Assembly: GCA_022868165.1 (NCBI GenBank)
Contig: JALHYA010000004.1
Location: forward strand, 83,432 to 147,431
Direction: 5' to 3'
DNA: 64,000 bases
Source of the DNA: Patescibacteria group bacterium
GTDB taxonomy: Bacteria; Patescibacteriota; Microgenomatia; UBA8517
Positions within the stretch are counted from its first letter, which is position 1; each line of letters begins with the position of its first letter. Below the pieces are notes generated by a model, which worked only from the letters and a program-made list of their open reading frames with translations, made no database searches and was not told the origin of the DNA. This document shows, piece by piece, positions 47,682 to 56,871 of this stretch. Position numbers and translations under genes: made by a program.

Positions 47682-48804
47682 GTTTTGTTTTCGTAAGCAG
47701 GTAAACGTTTATTCCCCACAAAATTACGGCTCCATAAAATTGGTTAGACAAAAGCAATATTTTCGGAAAACCTAAATATAGAGAAGGATTTTTGAAATTC
47801 CAGCTAACCAGTAAATAGGCGACTCCTAGTAAAATCCACAACCAAATTTTCTTTATAGTCAAAGCGTATCTACAAAGAACGACGAACGGAAAGATTAGCC
47901 AGACAAAGTGATGTTGCCAGGAGAGTGAATCAACCAAAAGAAGAGAGATAAGGAAAAGTGAAAACAGTAGTTGTTTGTTATTTTTCTTAAAAGCCAAGAA
48001 GGAGCTTGACCCAACAACCAAGATAGAAATCAAAATTGTGGCGAGCCCTCGAATAGTAGGGTTCTGTGTAAGCCTAGAAATAAAACCAGAGATGCCTTGG
48101 TTATAATAAACTTCCCTGCCACCCATTCCCAAAAGGGGAGGAAAAACCTTTTCTATCCAGTACTGATAAAGTGCAATATTTGAGACTAAGATTGAAAGAA
48201 GAAAGCCTCCGATTAGGGTGCCAAGAATATACAAAATTACTCTCCGTTCGTGCTCCAGCAGGAAAAATAAAAGAAGAAATCCAAATATTGGTTTGGAGAT
48301 AATACTCAACCCTAATAGTATTCCGGCAATTTTGTAACTTCTTCTAAGATAAAAATAGAAACCCGAAAGAAGAATGAAAAGCGAAATTGTGTTTACCTGC
48401 CCCATGCCTAGAGTATATTTTGTTGGGAAGGCTGTGAGAGCCAAGAATAGAACAAGTAGAAAATAATGCCATGGAATTTTGTCGAAAGTGATTTTTAGAG
48501 AAATGAGGGCTGTTCCCACAATTGAAGCGAATGACAGTAAAATGAATATAGCCTGAGCGTATCGATAAAAAATTAGGGACAGAGGAATATAAAATACTAG
48601 TGTTATGGGAGGCTGGAGTAACTGATAGACAAGATCAGGGTTACTGTATAGATTTTTCCTGGCCAGGAAATCTTTTGAGGCCATCCAGAAAACAGAGAAG
48701 TCTGGAGCGGTTGTAGAAACTATTTTGAGAATTGACCAGCAAATCCAGGCAAAGCTGAACAAAAATAGAACTACAACTGCTAATTTCAGCAATCTCCTGC
48801 TCAT
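47632..48804 (-). CDS. Polytopic membrane protein, GT-C/DUF2029-like glycosyltransferase, inserted antisense between rpsJ and rplC
   Basis: 390 aa, about 11 TM. ...SYKIAGILLGLSIISKPIFGFLLLFFLLE... resembles the GT-C modules at 1432-4957. Its 3' end overlaps the rpsJ 3' end convergently by 50 nt. Confidence 0.55.
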   Translation of the reverse strand: MSRRLLKLAVVVLFLFSFAWICWSILKIVSTTAPDFSVFWMASKDFLARKNLYSNPDLVYQLLQPPITLVFYIPLSLIFYRYAQAIFILLSFASIVGTALISLKITFDKIPWHYFLLVLFLALTAFPTKYTLGMGQVNTISLFILLSGFYFYLRRSYKIAGILLGLSIISKPIFGFLLLFFLLEHERRVILYILGTLIGGFLLSILVSNIALYQYWIEKVFPPLLGMGGREVYYNQGISGFISRLTQNPTIRGLATILISILVVGSSSFLAFKKNNKQLLFSLFLISLLLVDSLSWQHHFVWLIFPFVVLCRYALTIKKIWLWILLGVAYLLVSWNFKNPSLYLGFPKILLLSNQFYGAVILWGINVYLLTKTKLTSLSRLTPPQGGRDC

Positions 48805-48824
48805 TTGGCGCTAGTATACCACCC

Positions 48825-48853
48825 TTGCAAGCTTGAGCCTGCTCTGATATAAT
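48825..48853 (+). promoter_or_regulatory. Promoter restarting the ribosomal protein cluster (TTGCAA-N17-TATAAT with extended -10 TG)
   Basis: TTGCAA 48825-48830; TGATATAAT 48845-48853. Confidence 0.5.
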
Positions 48854-48919
48854 TTCGCCATCGTGGAGGTGGTTTTCTCGAATTAACCACTGTTTAGAAT
48901 TGCGGGACGGCGTTTACAA

Positions 48920-48941
48920 GGTGCCTCCGGCACCTTTTTTT
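48920..48941 (+). promoter_or_regulatory. Hairpin GGTGCC-TCC-GGCACC followed by a U7 tract, 13 nt upstream of the rplC ATG
   Basis: Seen in sequence. A canonical intrinsic-terminator shape placed inside the S10-operon leader, i.e. attenuator-like. Confidence 0.45.
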
Positions 48942-48954
48942 GTGTCTTTAAAAA

Positions 48955-49734
48955 ATGATTAACACTATTTTAGGAGAAAAAGAGAAAATGAGCCAGGCCT
49001 TTGTCAAGGGACTGCGAGTCCCGGTGACTAAAGTTTTGGCCGGTCCGTGCGTGGTAACACAAGTTAAAAAGATGGATAAGGACGGATATTGGGCTGTTCA
49101 GCTAGGCTTCGGACAAAAGAAAATCAAAAATGTAAGCAAAGCTCTTCAAGGACACCTCAAAGCCATAATTAAAGAAGGAAAAGCCCCAAGATATATCGCA
49201 GAAGTCAGACTAGACAAAGAACCTGAATTCAACGTCGGAGACGAAATTAAAGCCTCCGACATTTTTCGTGTTGGAGATGTCGTAAATGTAACCGGAATTT
49301 CCAAAGGTAAGGGCTTTGCAGGAGTAGTTAAAAGGCACCACTTCCACGGCGGACCCCATACTCACGGTCAATCCGACAGGGAACGCGCCCCCGGTTCAAT
49401 CGGTCAAACCACCACACCCGGAAGAGTTCTCAAAGGAAAGAAAATGGCCGGAAGAATGGGAGGAGATACGGTAACCGTCAGAAACCTTCATATTATTTCC
49501 GTAAATCCCGAGACAAACGAAATTCAAATTTCAGGCCAGATTCCGGGAATACCCGGCGGATTTGTCCGTGTCAAAAGAGTTCATGCAGGGAGCCTTGAGG
49601 AATTGGAACACGAGACAGTCGAAAAAATAGTCGAAGGTGAGGCACCCGCCGGAGAAGGCGGGGAGGCGGCAGGGGCGGAGGGACAAGTTCCGTCACCGGA
49701 GGTGCCCAAACAGGAGGAAAAAGCAAATGAGTAA
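48955..49734 (+). CDS. rplC: 50S ribosomal protein L3 with Glu/Ala-rich C-terminal extension
   Basis: MINTILGEKEKMSQAF...VVNVTGISKGKGFAGVVKRHHFHGGPHTHGQSDRERAPGSIGQTTTPGRVLKGKKMAG.... Confidence 0.9.
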   Translation: MINTILGEKEKMSQAFVKGLRVPVTKVLAGPCVVTQVKKMDKDGYWAVQLGFGQKKIKNVSKALQGHLKAIIKEGKAPRYIAEVRLDKEPEFNVGDEIKASDIFRVGDVVNVTGISKGKGFAGVVKRHHFHGGPHTHGQSDRERAPGSIGQTTTPGRVLKGKKMAGRMGGDTVTVRNLHIISVNPETNEIQISGQIPGIPGGFVRVKRVHAGSLEELEHETVEKIVEGEAPAGEGGEAAGAEGQVPSPEVPKQEEKANE

Positions 49735-50332
49735 AGTTGACGCATATTCGGCCAAGGGAACTAAACTTCCCGCATTCACACTCCCTAAGGGATTTGAAGA
49801 AAAAGGGAGCATGAATCTGTTGGCCCAAGCAATCAGAGTTTATGAAGCAAGAGGTCATTTTGGATTGGCAAAGGCACAAACCCGAGCCGAGGTCAATAGA
49901 ACAAAGAAAAAGGTTTACAAACAAAAAGGCACCGGTGGAGCCAGACACGGAAGCCGAAGCGCTCCGATTTATGTAGGAGGCGGAAAAGCCCACGGCCCGA
50001 GACCTGTTGAGCGTGCTTTACACCTGCCGGAAAAGATGAGGCAAAAAGCTCTGAAAATTGCATTGGGGCTAAAAGTTGCAGACGGCAAAGTGGTTTTTGT
50101 CAGTGATTTGGGAAAGATTAAAAAGACGAAAGAAGCACAAAACTTGATGGATAAAATAGGTGCCAAAGGAAGAGTAGTTTTTGTTTTGAAGGGCGAAGTA
50201 TCAAAAAAATCGTTTATAAATATTCGGGGCTCACAGGTAATTTTTTACAGGGACCTTAATGCATACAATGCCTACTTGGGAGGAACTTTAATTTTCGACA
50301 AAGCCATTTTTGAGAAAGAGGCGAAGAAATGA
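49727..50332 (+). CDS. rplD: 50S ribosomal protein L4
   Basis: MSKVDAYSAKGTKLPAFTLP...TRAEVNRTKKKVYKQKGTGGARHGSRSAPIYVGGG.... SD GGAGG upstream. ORF-track start trimmed. Confidence 0.9.
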   Translation: MSKVDAYSAKGTKLPAFTLPKGFEEKGSMNLLAQAIRVYEARGHFGLAKAQTRAEVNRTKKKVYKQKGTGGARHGSRSAPIYVGGGKAHGPRPVERALHLPEKMRQKALKIALGLKVADGKVVFVSDLGKIKKTKEAQNLMDKIGAKGRVVFVLKGEVSKKSFINIRGSQVIFYRDLNAYNAYLGGTLIFDKAIFEKEAKK

Positions 50333-50622
50333 AGCTTATACCAATATTAACTGAAAAAAGTTTGGAAGAGGCCAAGAAGGGAAAATACACCTTTTTGGTC
50401 GACTCAGATATGAACAAGCCGGATGTGAAGTATGTTATCGACACGGTTTTTAAAGTTCATACGAAGCGTGTTCGCATAATTTCTTCTCAAGGAGGAACAA
50501 AGAAGAATTCGAAAGGGATAATCCAAAAAATTGCTCGAAGAAAGAAAGCGATAATTTCTCTTAAAAGTGGAGAAAAGATAGATTTGTTTGAGGAAAAAGC
50601 AAAGGGTAAAAGTAAAAAATAA
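50329..50622 (+). CDS. rplW: 50S ribosomal protein L23
   Basis: MKLIPILTEKSLEEAKKGKYTFLVDSDMNKPDVKYVIDTVFKVHTKRVRI.... Confidence 0.9.
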   Translation: MKLIPILTEKSLEEAKKGKYTFLVDSDMNKPDVKYVIDTVFKVHTKRVRIISSQGGTKKNSKGIIQKIARRKKAIISLKSGEKIDLFEEKAKGKSKK

Positions 50623-50628
50623 AATGCA

Positions 50629-51378
50629 ATGAAGCTAAAAAGAATTTTGCAAAAACATAGCGGAAGAGGTGTTAGCGGAAGTATTACCGTCAGGCACCAA
50701 GGCGGCCGTGCCAAGAGGTTTTTGAGAGATATTGATTTTAAAAGGGACAAAAGGGATATTTGGGGCAAAGTTGTAAGTATAGAATATGACCCGAATAGAA
50801 GTGCCGATATTGCCCTGGTTGTTTACGAAGACGGAGAAAAGCGCTATATATTAGCACCCAACGGGCTAACGATTGGACAAAAGGTAATTTCGTCCGAAGT
50901 AGCACCGATTGAGGTTGGTAATAGTCTTCCCCTCAGCAAAATTCCGGTGGGTACCCAAATCCACAATATCGAAATAAGTAGGGGAAAAGGTGGACAAATG
51001 GTTAAAAGTGCCGGAAGTGTTGCGGTTTTGCAGGGTAAGGAAGGCGGCTGGGTTTTGGTCAAGCTTCCTTCAGGAGAGATTAGAAGGTTTGACCCGGGGG
51101 CATATGCAACAGTGGGGCAGATTGGAAGAGTGGACGCGAAAGCACGAAATTTCGGCAAGGCAGGAAGAAAAAGATGGATGGGAATAAGGCCGACTGTAAG
51201 AGGAGTTGCAATGCATCCTGCGGCACATCCGCACGGGGGAGGAGAAGGAAGAAGCTCTGTAGGGTTAAAATATCCGAAAACAGTTTACGGAAAGAAAGCG
51301 GTCGGAAATACAAGAACTAAGAATAAATATTCGAACCGACTAATAGTTTCCAGAAGAAAGCTGGGTAAACACCATTAA
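50629..51378 (+). CDS. rplB: 50S ribosomal protein L2
   Basis: ...[21 protein letters not shown]...[51 protein letters not shown].... Confidence 0.9.
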   Translation: MKLKRILQKHSGRGVSGSITVRHQGGRAKRFLRDIDFKRDKRDIWGKVVSIEYDPNRSADIALVVYEDGEKRYILAPNGLTIGQKVISSEVAPIEVGNSLPLSKIPVGTQIHNIEISRGKGGQMVKSAGSVAVLQGKEGGWVLVKLPSGEIRRFDPGAYATVGQIGRVDAKARNFGKAGRKRWMGIRPTVRGVAMHPAAHPHGGGEGRSSVGLKYPKTVYGKKAVGNTRTKNKYSNRLIVSRRKLGKHH

Positions 51379-51383
51379 TAAGC

Positions 51384-51665
51384 ATGTCTAGAAGCGCCAA
51401 AAAAGGACCATTTGTAGACGAACGCCTTGTAAAAAAGGTGAAGGCCGGTATGGGGACAAAAGAAACGCCTATTAAAACCTGGTCTAGAAATTGCCAGCTT
51501 CCCCCGGAATTTGTGGGGAAGTATTTCCAGGTTCATAACGGAAGAGTATTCATAGATGTTTTTGTGACGGAAGACATGGTTGGTCATCGGTTGGGAGAGT
51601 TTGCGCCGACTAGAACTTTCAGGGGCCACGGAGAAATAGTCAAGAGAATATTAGAAAAAACCTAA
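51384..51665 (+). CDS. rpsS: 30S ribosomal protein S19
   Basis: [19 protein letters not shown]...[32 protein letters not shown]. Confidence 0.9.
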   Translation: MSRSAKKGPFVDERLVKKVKAGMGTKETPIKTWSRNCQLPPEFVGKYFQVHNGRVFIDVFVTEDMVGHRLGEFAPTRTFRGHGEIVKRILEKT

Positions 51666-51682
51666 GCCGGAGGCTGTTATTC

Positions 51683-52096
51683 ATGGAAATTGTAGCAACA
51701 CAGAAGTATTTATTGATGTCACCCAAAAAAATTAGGGTTGTTGCCGATCTGGCCAGAAAATTAAAGCCCGTGGTTGCAATCGAGACGCTTCCGTTTACAA
51801 ACAAAAGAGCCTCCGAGCCCTTGATAAAAGTAATCAAATCGGCAATCGCAACAGCCAAAGCCAAAGGAATTAGCGAGACGGACTTGGTTTTCAAGGAAAT
51901 ACAAATCGGCGAGGGACCAAGACTCAAAAGAGGAAGACCGGTTTCAAGAGGCATGTGGCACCCGATAAAGAAAAGAATGAGCCATATAAGAGTTGTATTG
52001 ACAGCAGTTGAGAAGCAGGTTGCACCTGCCAAGAAAAATGTGGTTTCAGAGAAAGGTGGAGGCAGAGGAGGAAAGTCCTCCTCTGGTAAATCATGA
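51683..52096 (+). CDS. rplV: 50S ribosomal protein L22 with Gly/Lys-rich C-terminal extension
   Basis: ...MSPKKIRVVADLARKLKPVVAIETLPFTNKRASEPLIKVIKSAIATAK.... Confidence 0.9.
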   Translation: MEIVATQKYLLMSPKKIRVVADLARKLKPVVAIETLPFTNKRASEPLIKVIKSAIATAKAKGISETDLVFKEIQIGEGPRLKRGRPVSRGMWHPIKKRMSHIRVVLTAVEKQVAPAKKNVVSEKGGGRGGKSSSGKS

Positions 52097-52746
52097 GTCA
52101 GAAGATTAATCCAATAGGTATAAGAGTCGGAACGTTTTTGCCTTGGAAATCCCGTTGGTTTTCCGACGACAAAACTTTCAAGGACAATCTTATTGAAGAC
52201 ATAAGGATAAGAAAGGCCTTGATGGAAAGGCTTAAACTAGCGGGCATTACCAGCGTCGAAATTGAAAGATTGCCCAAAAGCATGGTAATTGTTATGACAG
52301 TTTCCCGGCCCGGAGTTGTTATCGGACGAGGCGGAACGGGAATAGAAGATGTCAAAAAGTTTGTTTTGGAAGAAATAAGCAAAGTTCGAGGCAAGAAGAT
52401 TAAGGATTTAAAGATCGATTTAAGGGTCAACGAGGTAAAAAATCCGGAACTCTCGGCACACCTAGTTGCATCGAGGATTGTTGGCGAACTGGAACGAAGA
52501 ATGCCATCAAGACGTGTTGTTACAAGAGTTATGGAGAGAGTTATGCAATCCGGTGCTTTGGGGGTAAAGATAGTTTTGGGGGGTCGCGTCGACGGAGCCG
52601 AAATCTCCAGAGTAGAAAAGTTTAAGACGGGATCGGTTCCCAGCCAGACTTTGCGCGCAGATATAGATTATGCCTCAGTTCCGGCACTTTTGAAAAGAGG
52701 ATACGTGGGAGTAAAAGTCTGGATTCATAAAAAGCCCGAGGAGTAA
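52093..52746 (+). CDS. rpsC: 30S ribosomal protein S3
   Basis: MSQKINPIGIRVGT...KH domain...GALGVKIVLGGRVDGAEISRVEKFKTGSVPSQTLRADIDYA. Confidence 0.9.
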   Translation: MSQKINPIGIRVGTFLPWKSRWFSDDKTFKDNLIEDIRIRKALMERLKLAGITSVEIERLPKSMVIVMTVSRPGVVIGRGGTGIEDVKKFVLEEISKVRGKKIKDLKIDLRVNEVKNPELSAHLVASRIVGELERRMPSRRVVTRVMERVMQSGALGVKIVLGGRVDGAEISRVEKFKTGSVPSQTLRADIDYASVPALLKRGYVGVKVWIHKKPEE

Positions 52747-52748
52747 TT

Positions 52749-53159
52749 ATGTTGCAACCAAAGAGATCCAAATACAGAAAAACATTTAGAGGAAAAAGAA
52801 GGGGAATTTCTACGCGTGGGGCGACGCTGGCTTTCGGGGAATTCGGTTTAAAGGCGACAACCCGAGGTTGGGTATCGGCGGGGCAATTGGAAGCGGCTAG
52901 AAAAACAATTACCCACGGACTCAAAAAAGGCGGGCGAATTTGGCTAAGAGTTTTTCCGGATAAGCCTATCACCGCAAGGGCGGCAGGGCACAGAATGGGC
53001 GGAGGAAAGGGAGAAGTAAGTAAATATGTCGTTGTTATCACGCCCGGCAAAATTATCTTTGAGGTTGCTGGAGCCCAAGAAGAAATAGTCACAAGGGCTT
53101 TTGAAAAAGCAGCTGTAAGACTTCCGGTAAGAACCAGAATGATTAAAAAGGAGGGATAA
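52749..53159 (+). CDS. rplP: 50S ribosomal protein L16
   Basis: MLQPKRSKYRKTFRGKRRGIS...RMGGGKGEVSKYVVVITPGKIIFEV. Confidence 0.9.
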   Translation: MLQPKRSKYRKTFRGKRRGISTRGATLAFGEFGLKATTRGWVSAGQLEAARKTITHGLKKGGRIWLRVFPDKPITARAAGHRMGGGKGEVSKYVVVITPGKIIFEVAGAQEEIVTRAFEKAAVRLPVRTRMIKKEG

Positions 53160-53389
53160 TGAAAAAGAAAGATTTTGTAGCCGTGAGAGCAAAAAAGGCA
53201 GACGAGATTAAAAAAAGCATTCGCGAAAAGAAAAATGAGCTTGCCCAGATAGCCGGAAAAGTAAAAATCGGGGAGGAAAAAAATTTGAAAAAGATGCATA
53301 ATTTGAGACTCGAAATTGCCAGACTCTTGACCATAATTAGAGAGAAAGAGATATTGGAGCAAGAGGGGTCCAGTAAGGAAGCAAAATGA
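53159..53389 (+). CDS. rpmC: 50S ribosomal protein L29
   Basis: 76 aa, helical. Fits the L29 profile (KADEIKKSIREKKNELAQ...LRLEIARLLTIIREKE). Sits in the canonical slot between L16 and S17. Confidence 0.85.
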   Translation: MKKKDFVAVRAKKADEIKKSIREKKNELAQIAGKVKIGEEKNLKKMHNLRLEIARLLTIIREKEILEQEGSSKEAK

Positions 53390-53625
53390 AGATTTTAATA
53401 GGAAAAGTCATATCAACAAAAATGCCTAAAACCGCAACGGTTGCGGTCGAAAGGGTTGTGGTCCACCCCTTATATAAAAAGAGATTCAAAAAGATTAGGA
53501 AATATCACGTTCACGACGAAAACAGTGTTGCCAAGGTGGGGGACAGAGTTAAATTTGTCGCATCCAGGCCCTACAGCAAATTAAAGAAATGGGTTTTAGT
53601 TCAAGAAGTAGGGAAAGGTAAATAA
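53386..53625 (+). CDS. rpsQ: 30S ribosomal protein S17
   Basis: ...GKVISTKMPKTATVAVERVVVHPLYKKRFKKIRKYHVHDENSVAKVGDRVKF.... Confidence 0.9.
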   Translation: MKILIGKVISTKMPKTATVAVERVVVHPLYKKRFKKIRKYHVHDENSVAKVGDRVKFVASRPYSKLKKWVLVQEVGKGK

Positions 53626-53628
53626 ACA

Positions 53629-53994
53629 ATGGTACAAGTAAGAACAATGTTAAATCCTGCCGATAATTCCGGAGCAAAGAAGCTCATGCTAATCGGAATG
53701 TCTTCTAAAATTGGTACGAAGGCCAGTTTGGGGGATGTTGTTTTGTGTGTTGTTAGGGGGGCCGACCCCGCCGGAGTTGTTACGGACAGAGAAAAAGTTA
53801 GGGTTCTTATTGTCAGAACCAAAAAGGAAGTAAGACGAAAAGACGGAAGCTATGTGAGATTTGACGACAATGCCGGAGTAGTAATCGACAAATTGGGACT
53901 TCCGCGAGGAACCAGAGTATTGGGACCAATTGCAAGAGAAGTTAAAGAAGCCGGATATAACAAAATTGCATCATTGGCAAGGGAAGTTGTCTAA
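53629..53994 (+). CDS. rplN: 50S ribosomal protein L14
   Basis: [24 protein letters not shown]...GDVVLCVV...[12 protein letters not shown].... Confidence 0.9.
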   Translation: MVQVRTMLNPADNSGAKKLMLIGMSSKIGTKASLGDVVLCVVRGADPAGVVTDREKVRVLIVRTKKEVRRKDGSYVRFDDNAGVVIDKLGLPRGTRVLGPIAREVKEAGYNKIASLAREVV

Positions 53995-53998
53995 AAAT

Positions 53999-54313
53999 AT
54001 GTTGAAATTTAAAAAAGGAGACACGGTTAAAATTACGGCAGGAAAAGATAAAGGCCGTGAGGGAAAAATCGAAAAGATTTTGCCCCAAGAAGGCCTTGCG
54101 ATTATTCCTGAGGTAAATATTTACAAAAAACACGTAAAAGGTTTTCAGGGACAAAAGGGAGGAATTTATGATTTGCCCCGACCTCTTCCTTTTGCCAAAA
54201 TTGCGCTTATTTGCCCAAAATGTAAAAAGGTAACCCGAGTTTCATTTAGGTTTGTTGGAGCCGAGAAAGTCAGGGTTTGTGCCAAATGCAAAAAGGAAAT
54301 CGATACGAAATAA
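53999..54313 (+). CDS. rplX: 50S ribosomal protein L24 with an unusual C-terminal CxxC...CxxC zinc-ribbon-like extension
   Basis: KOW motif MLKFKKGDTVKITAGKDKGREGKIEKIL, then ...ICPKCKKVTRVSFRFVGAEKVRVCAKCKKEIDTK. ORF-track start trimmed. Confidence 0.85.
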   Translation: MLKFKKGDTVKITAGKDKGREGKIEKILPQEGLAIIPEVNIYKKHVKGFQGQKGGIYDLPRPLPFAKIALICPKCKKVTRVSFRFVGAEKVRVCAKCKKEIDTK

Positions 54314-54329
54314 CTATCAACAATTAACT

Positions 54330-54878
54330 ATGAAATCCAAACAAAGATTACAAGAAAGATATATCAAGGAGATTGCACCCAAAATTGCCCAGGAGTTCGG
54401 CATAAAAAATCCTATGTCTTATCCCAAAGTGGTTAAGGTTGTTTTAAATATGGGTGTCGGTCAGGCGGTAAAAAATAAGGAAATTTTAGAGACATTAAAG
54501 AAAGACCTAGCTGCCATAACAGGACAACTGCCGTCGGTGAGGCGTGCCAATGTTTCTATTGCAAGTTTTGGAATCAGGGCCGGAATGCCGGTTGGCTTAG
54601 CGGTTACCTTAAGGGGAGACAGAATGTATGCTTTTTTGGACAGGTTATTTTCAATAGTGCTGCCAAGACTTAGAGATTTTCGAGGGGCTCCTTTGAAAAA
54701 TTTCGATCAGTCAGGAAATTATACGTTAGGAATGAGCGAACAGACAATTTTTCCCGAGCTTGAAGGCAAAACGTCAACCGTTCACGGATTGGAAATTGTT
54801 ATAGTGACCAATACTAAAGATAAAGAAAAATCAAAAAGATTTTTGGAAGAATTGGGCATGCCTTTTGAGAAGTCTTAA
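54330..54878 (+). CDS. rplE: 50S ribosomal protein L5
   Basis: [44 protein letters not shown].... ORF-track start trimmed. Confidence 0.9.
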   Translation: MKSKQRLQERYIKEIAPKIAQEFGIKNPMSYPKVVKVVLNMGVGQAVKNKEILETLKKDLAAITGQLPSVRRANVSIASFGIRAGMPVGLAVTLRGDRMYAFLDRLFSIVLPRLRDFRGAPLKNFDQSGNYTLGMSEQTIFPELEGKTSTVHGLEIVIVTNTKDKEKSKRFLEELGMPFEKS

Positions 54879-54889
54879 GGGAGAAAGTT

Positions 54890-55075
54890 ATGAGTACTAC
54901 AGCAAAAGAAGTCAGAGAAACGAAAAAATTAAAATATAAAGTCAGATACAGAAACAGATGCAGAATCTGTGGACGCAGCCGTGGATATATGCGAAAATTC
55001 GGACTCTGCAGACTTTGCTTTAGGGAATATGCACTAAAGGGTGAAATCCCTGGTGTTAGAAAGGCCAGTTGGTAA
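54890..55075 (+). CDS. rpsZ: 30S ribosomal protein S14, zinc-binding type Z
   Basis: 61 aa. [23 protein letters not shown]. Confidence 0.9.
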   Translation: MSTTAKEVRETKKLKYKVRYRNRCRICGRSRGYMRKFGLCRLCFREYALKGEIPGVRKASW

Positions 55076-55079
55076 CAAC

Positions 55080-55457
55080 ATGACTAATTATCCATTGGGC
55101 GATTTTCTTATAAGGGTTAAAAATGTTTCGATGGCCCGCGGCAGGGAAGTTAGTGTCAGGAATACAAGGCAAATAGAAGAAGTTGCCAAATGTCTTAAAA
55201 GAGCCGGATTTTTGGCCGAGGTAAAAAAGGAAAAAGATACCCTTACGGTAAGCTTGGCCTATGCCAAAAAAGTACCCGTTATGATGGGTTTGAACCTTGT
55301 GTCGAAACCTGGACTCAGGATTTACAAGAGTGTCGGAGATTTGATGAAGGAGAAGGGTCCTTCGATACTTCTGTTGCACACACCGAAAGGTATTTATTCA
55401 TCCAAAGAAGCCAAGAAAGAAAATGTTGCCGGAGAAGTAATAGCAAAGGTTTGGTAA
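55080..55457 (+). CDS. rpsH: 30S ribosomal protein S8
   Basis: MTNYPLGDFLIRVKNVSMARGREVSV.... ORF-track GTG-start 55041 trimmed. Confidence 0.9.
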   Translation: MTNYPLGDFLIRVKNVSMARGREVSVRNTRQIEEVAKCLKRAGFLAEVKKEKDTLTVSLAYAKKVPVMMGLNLVSKPGLRIYKSVGDLMKEKGPSILLLHTPKGIYSSKEAKKENVAGEVIAKVW

Positions 55458-55461
55458 CCAT

Positions 55462-56019
55462 ATGAGCAAAATCGGAAAAGCACCGGTAGTTTTACCTAAC
55501 GGAGTAACCTTCGAAAACGAGGGTCATGATGTAGTGGTTACGGGGCCAAAGGGAACTATTAAGATGAAATTTCCCAGAGAAATCTCCTTTGAAAAGAAAG
55601 ATAACCAAATTTTAGTTTCCTTAAAAGACGGCCAAAAAACCAATCTTCACGGAACGGCGAGGGCACTCCTGAACAATATGGTTAAAGGAGTATCGGCGGG
55701 ATGGCAAAAACAGTTGGAATTGGTAGGAACCGGTTATCGTGCCGAAACAGACGGAAAAACATTAACTTTGACGGTCGGATTTTCTCACCCGGTGAAGATA
55801 GAGGCACCCGAGGGAATATCTTTTAAAGTAGAGAAATCACTTATCACAATTGAAGGAGCCGACAAAGAAACCGTAGGACAGGTTTCGGCAAATATCAGAT
55901 CGGTTCGCCCTCCGGAGCCCTATAAAGGCAAGGGAATAAAATATGTCGGAGAGGCAATTCGGAGAAAAGCAGGAAAGGCGGCCAAAGTAGGAGGACCGGG
56001 AGCCCTGGGGGCAGCATAA
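55462..56019 (+). CDS. rplF: 50S ribosomal protein L6
   Basis: [37 protein letters not shown].... Confidence 0.9.
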   Translation: MSKIGKAPVVLPNGVTFENEGHDVVVTGPKGTIKMKFPREISFEKKDNQILVSLKDGQKTNLHGTARALLNNMVKGVSAGWQKQLELVGTGYRAETDGKTLTLTVGFSHPVKIEAPEGISFKVEKSLITIEGADKETVGQVSANIRSVRPPEPYKGKGIKYVGEAIRRKAGKAAKVGGPGALGAA

Positions 56020-56372
56020 TGTCAAACAAAAAGTATTCGCAGAGAAAAAATAGAGTAAGAAAAACCGTCAGGGCAGTCGCGGATAGACCGAGACTATCCG
56101 TTTTTCGTTCAAACAAATTTATTTATGCTCAAATAATTGACGACGCGAAAGGCAAAACTTTGGCATCATTTTCCGAGAAAAAGCTGGCAAAAGAAGTTTT
56201 ATCAAAAGCAAAAACCAAATTGGAAAAAGCGTCTTTGGTGGGGGAAGAAATTGCCAAGCTTGCCAAAAAAGCCAAAGTGACAAAGGTTGTTTTTGATAGG
56301 GGAGGATATAAATATCACGGAAGAGTCAAGGCTTTGGCCGAGGCAGCAAGAAAAGGAGGACTGGAATTTTAA
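56019..56372 (+). CDS. rplR: 50S ribosomal protein L18
   Basis: ...[28 protein letters not shown]...[27 protein letters not shown]. Confidence 0.9.
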   Translation: MSNKKYSQRKNRVRKTVRAVADRPRLSVFRSNKFIYAQIIDDAKGKTLASFSEKKLAKEVLSKAKTKLEKASLVGEEIAKLAKKAKVTKVVFDRGGYKYHGRVKALAEAARKGGLEF

Positions 56373-56376
56373 AATC

Positions 56377-56871
56377 ATGAATAATCAAAGAAGCAATTAT
56401 AATTTTCCCAGAGAGATAAAAGAATTTGAGGAAACCGTTGTTCAAATAAACCGTATTTCCAAGAAAACCAAAGGTGGTAACCAAATAAGGTTTTCGGCCC
56501 TGGTTGTTATTGGAGACAAAAAAGGCAAAGTGGGGGTAGGACTTTCAAAAGCCCCTGATGTAAGAAGTGCCATACGCAAGGCCATATCCAGTGCGAAAAA
56601 GAGATTGATTACGGTGCCCCTAAAAGGTACGACGGTTCCTTACTCCGTAAGAGAGAAATTTTCGGCAGCAGAAATTTTGCTTAAACCCGCACCGGCCGGA
56701 AGCGGTATTATTGCAGGAGGACCGATGAGAGTTGTTTTGGAATCCGCGGGCATAAGAGATGTAGTCGGAAAAATTTTGGGAACAAAAAATAAAATTTCCA
56801 ACGTTTATGCAACACTAAAAGCCCTCGAGACAATTTCCGAAATGAGTTCAAGAAGGGAAAGAAATGACTGA
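56377..56871 (+). CDS. rpsE: 30S ribosomal protein S5
   Basis: ...VVQINRISKKTKGGNQIRFSALVVIGDKKGKVGVGLSKAPDVRSAIRKA.... ORF-track start trimmed. Directly followed by L15 with no L30 gene. Confidence 0.9.
   Translation: MNNQRSNYNFPREIKEFEETVVQINRISKKTKGGNQIRFSALVVIGDKKGKVGVGLSKAPDVRSAIRKAISSAKKRLITVPLKGTTVPYSVREKFSAAEILLKPAPAGSGIIAGGPMRVVLESAGIRDVVGKILGTKNKISNVYATLKALETISEMSSRRERND

Noticed and set aside
43316-56376. Long N-terminal extensions given by the ORF track for rpsG (43316), rplD (49637), rplX (53930), rplE (54252), rpsH (55041), rpsE (56287), alaS (29292) and nusA (16723)
   Set aside because: The extensions overlap the preceding gene in another frame and encode non-conserved, Arg-rich junk. 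Starts were moved to the Met that matches the conserved N-terminus of each family, often with a visible SD.
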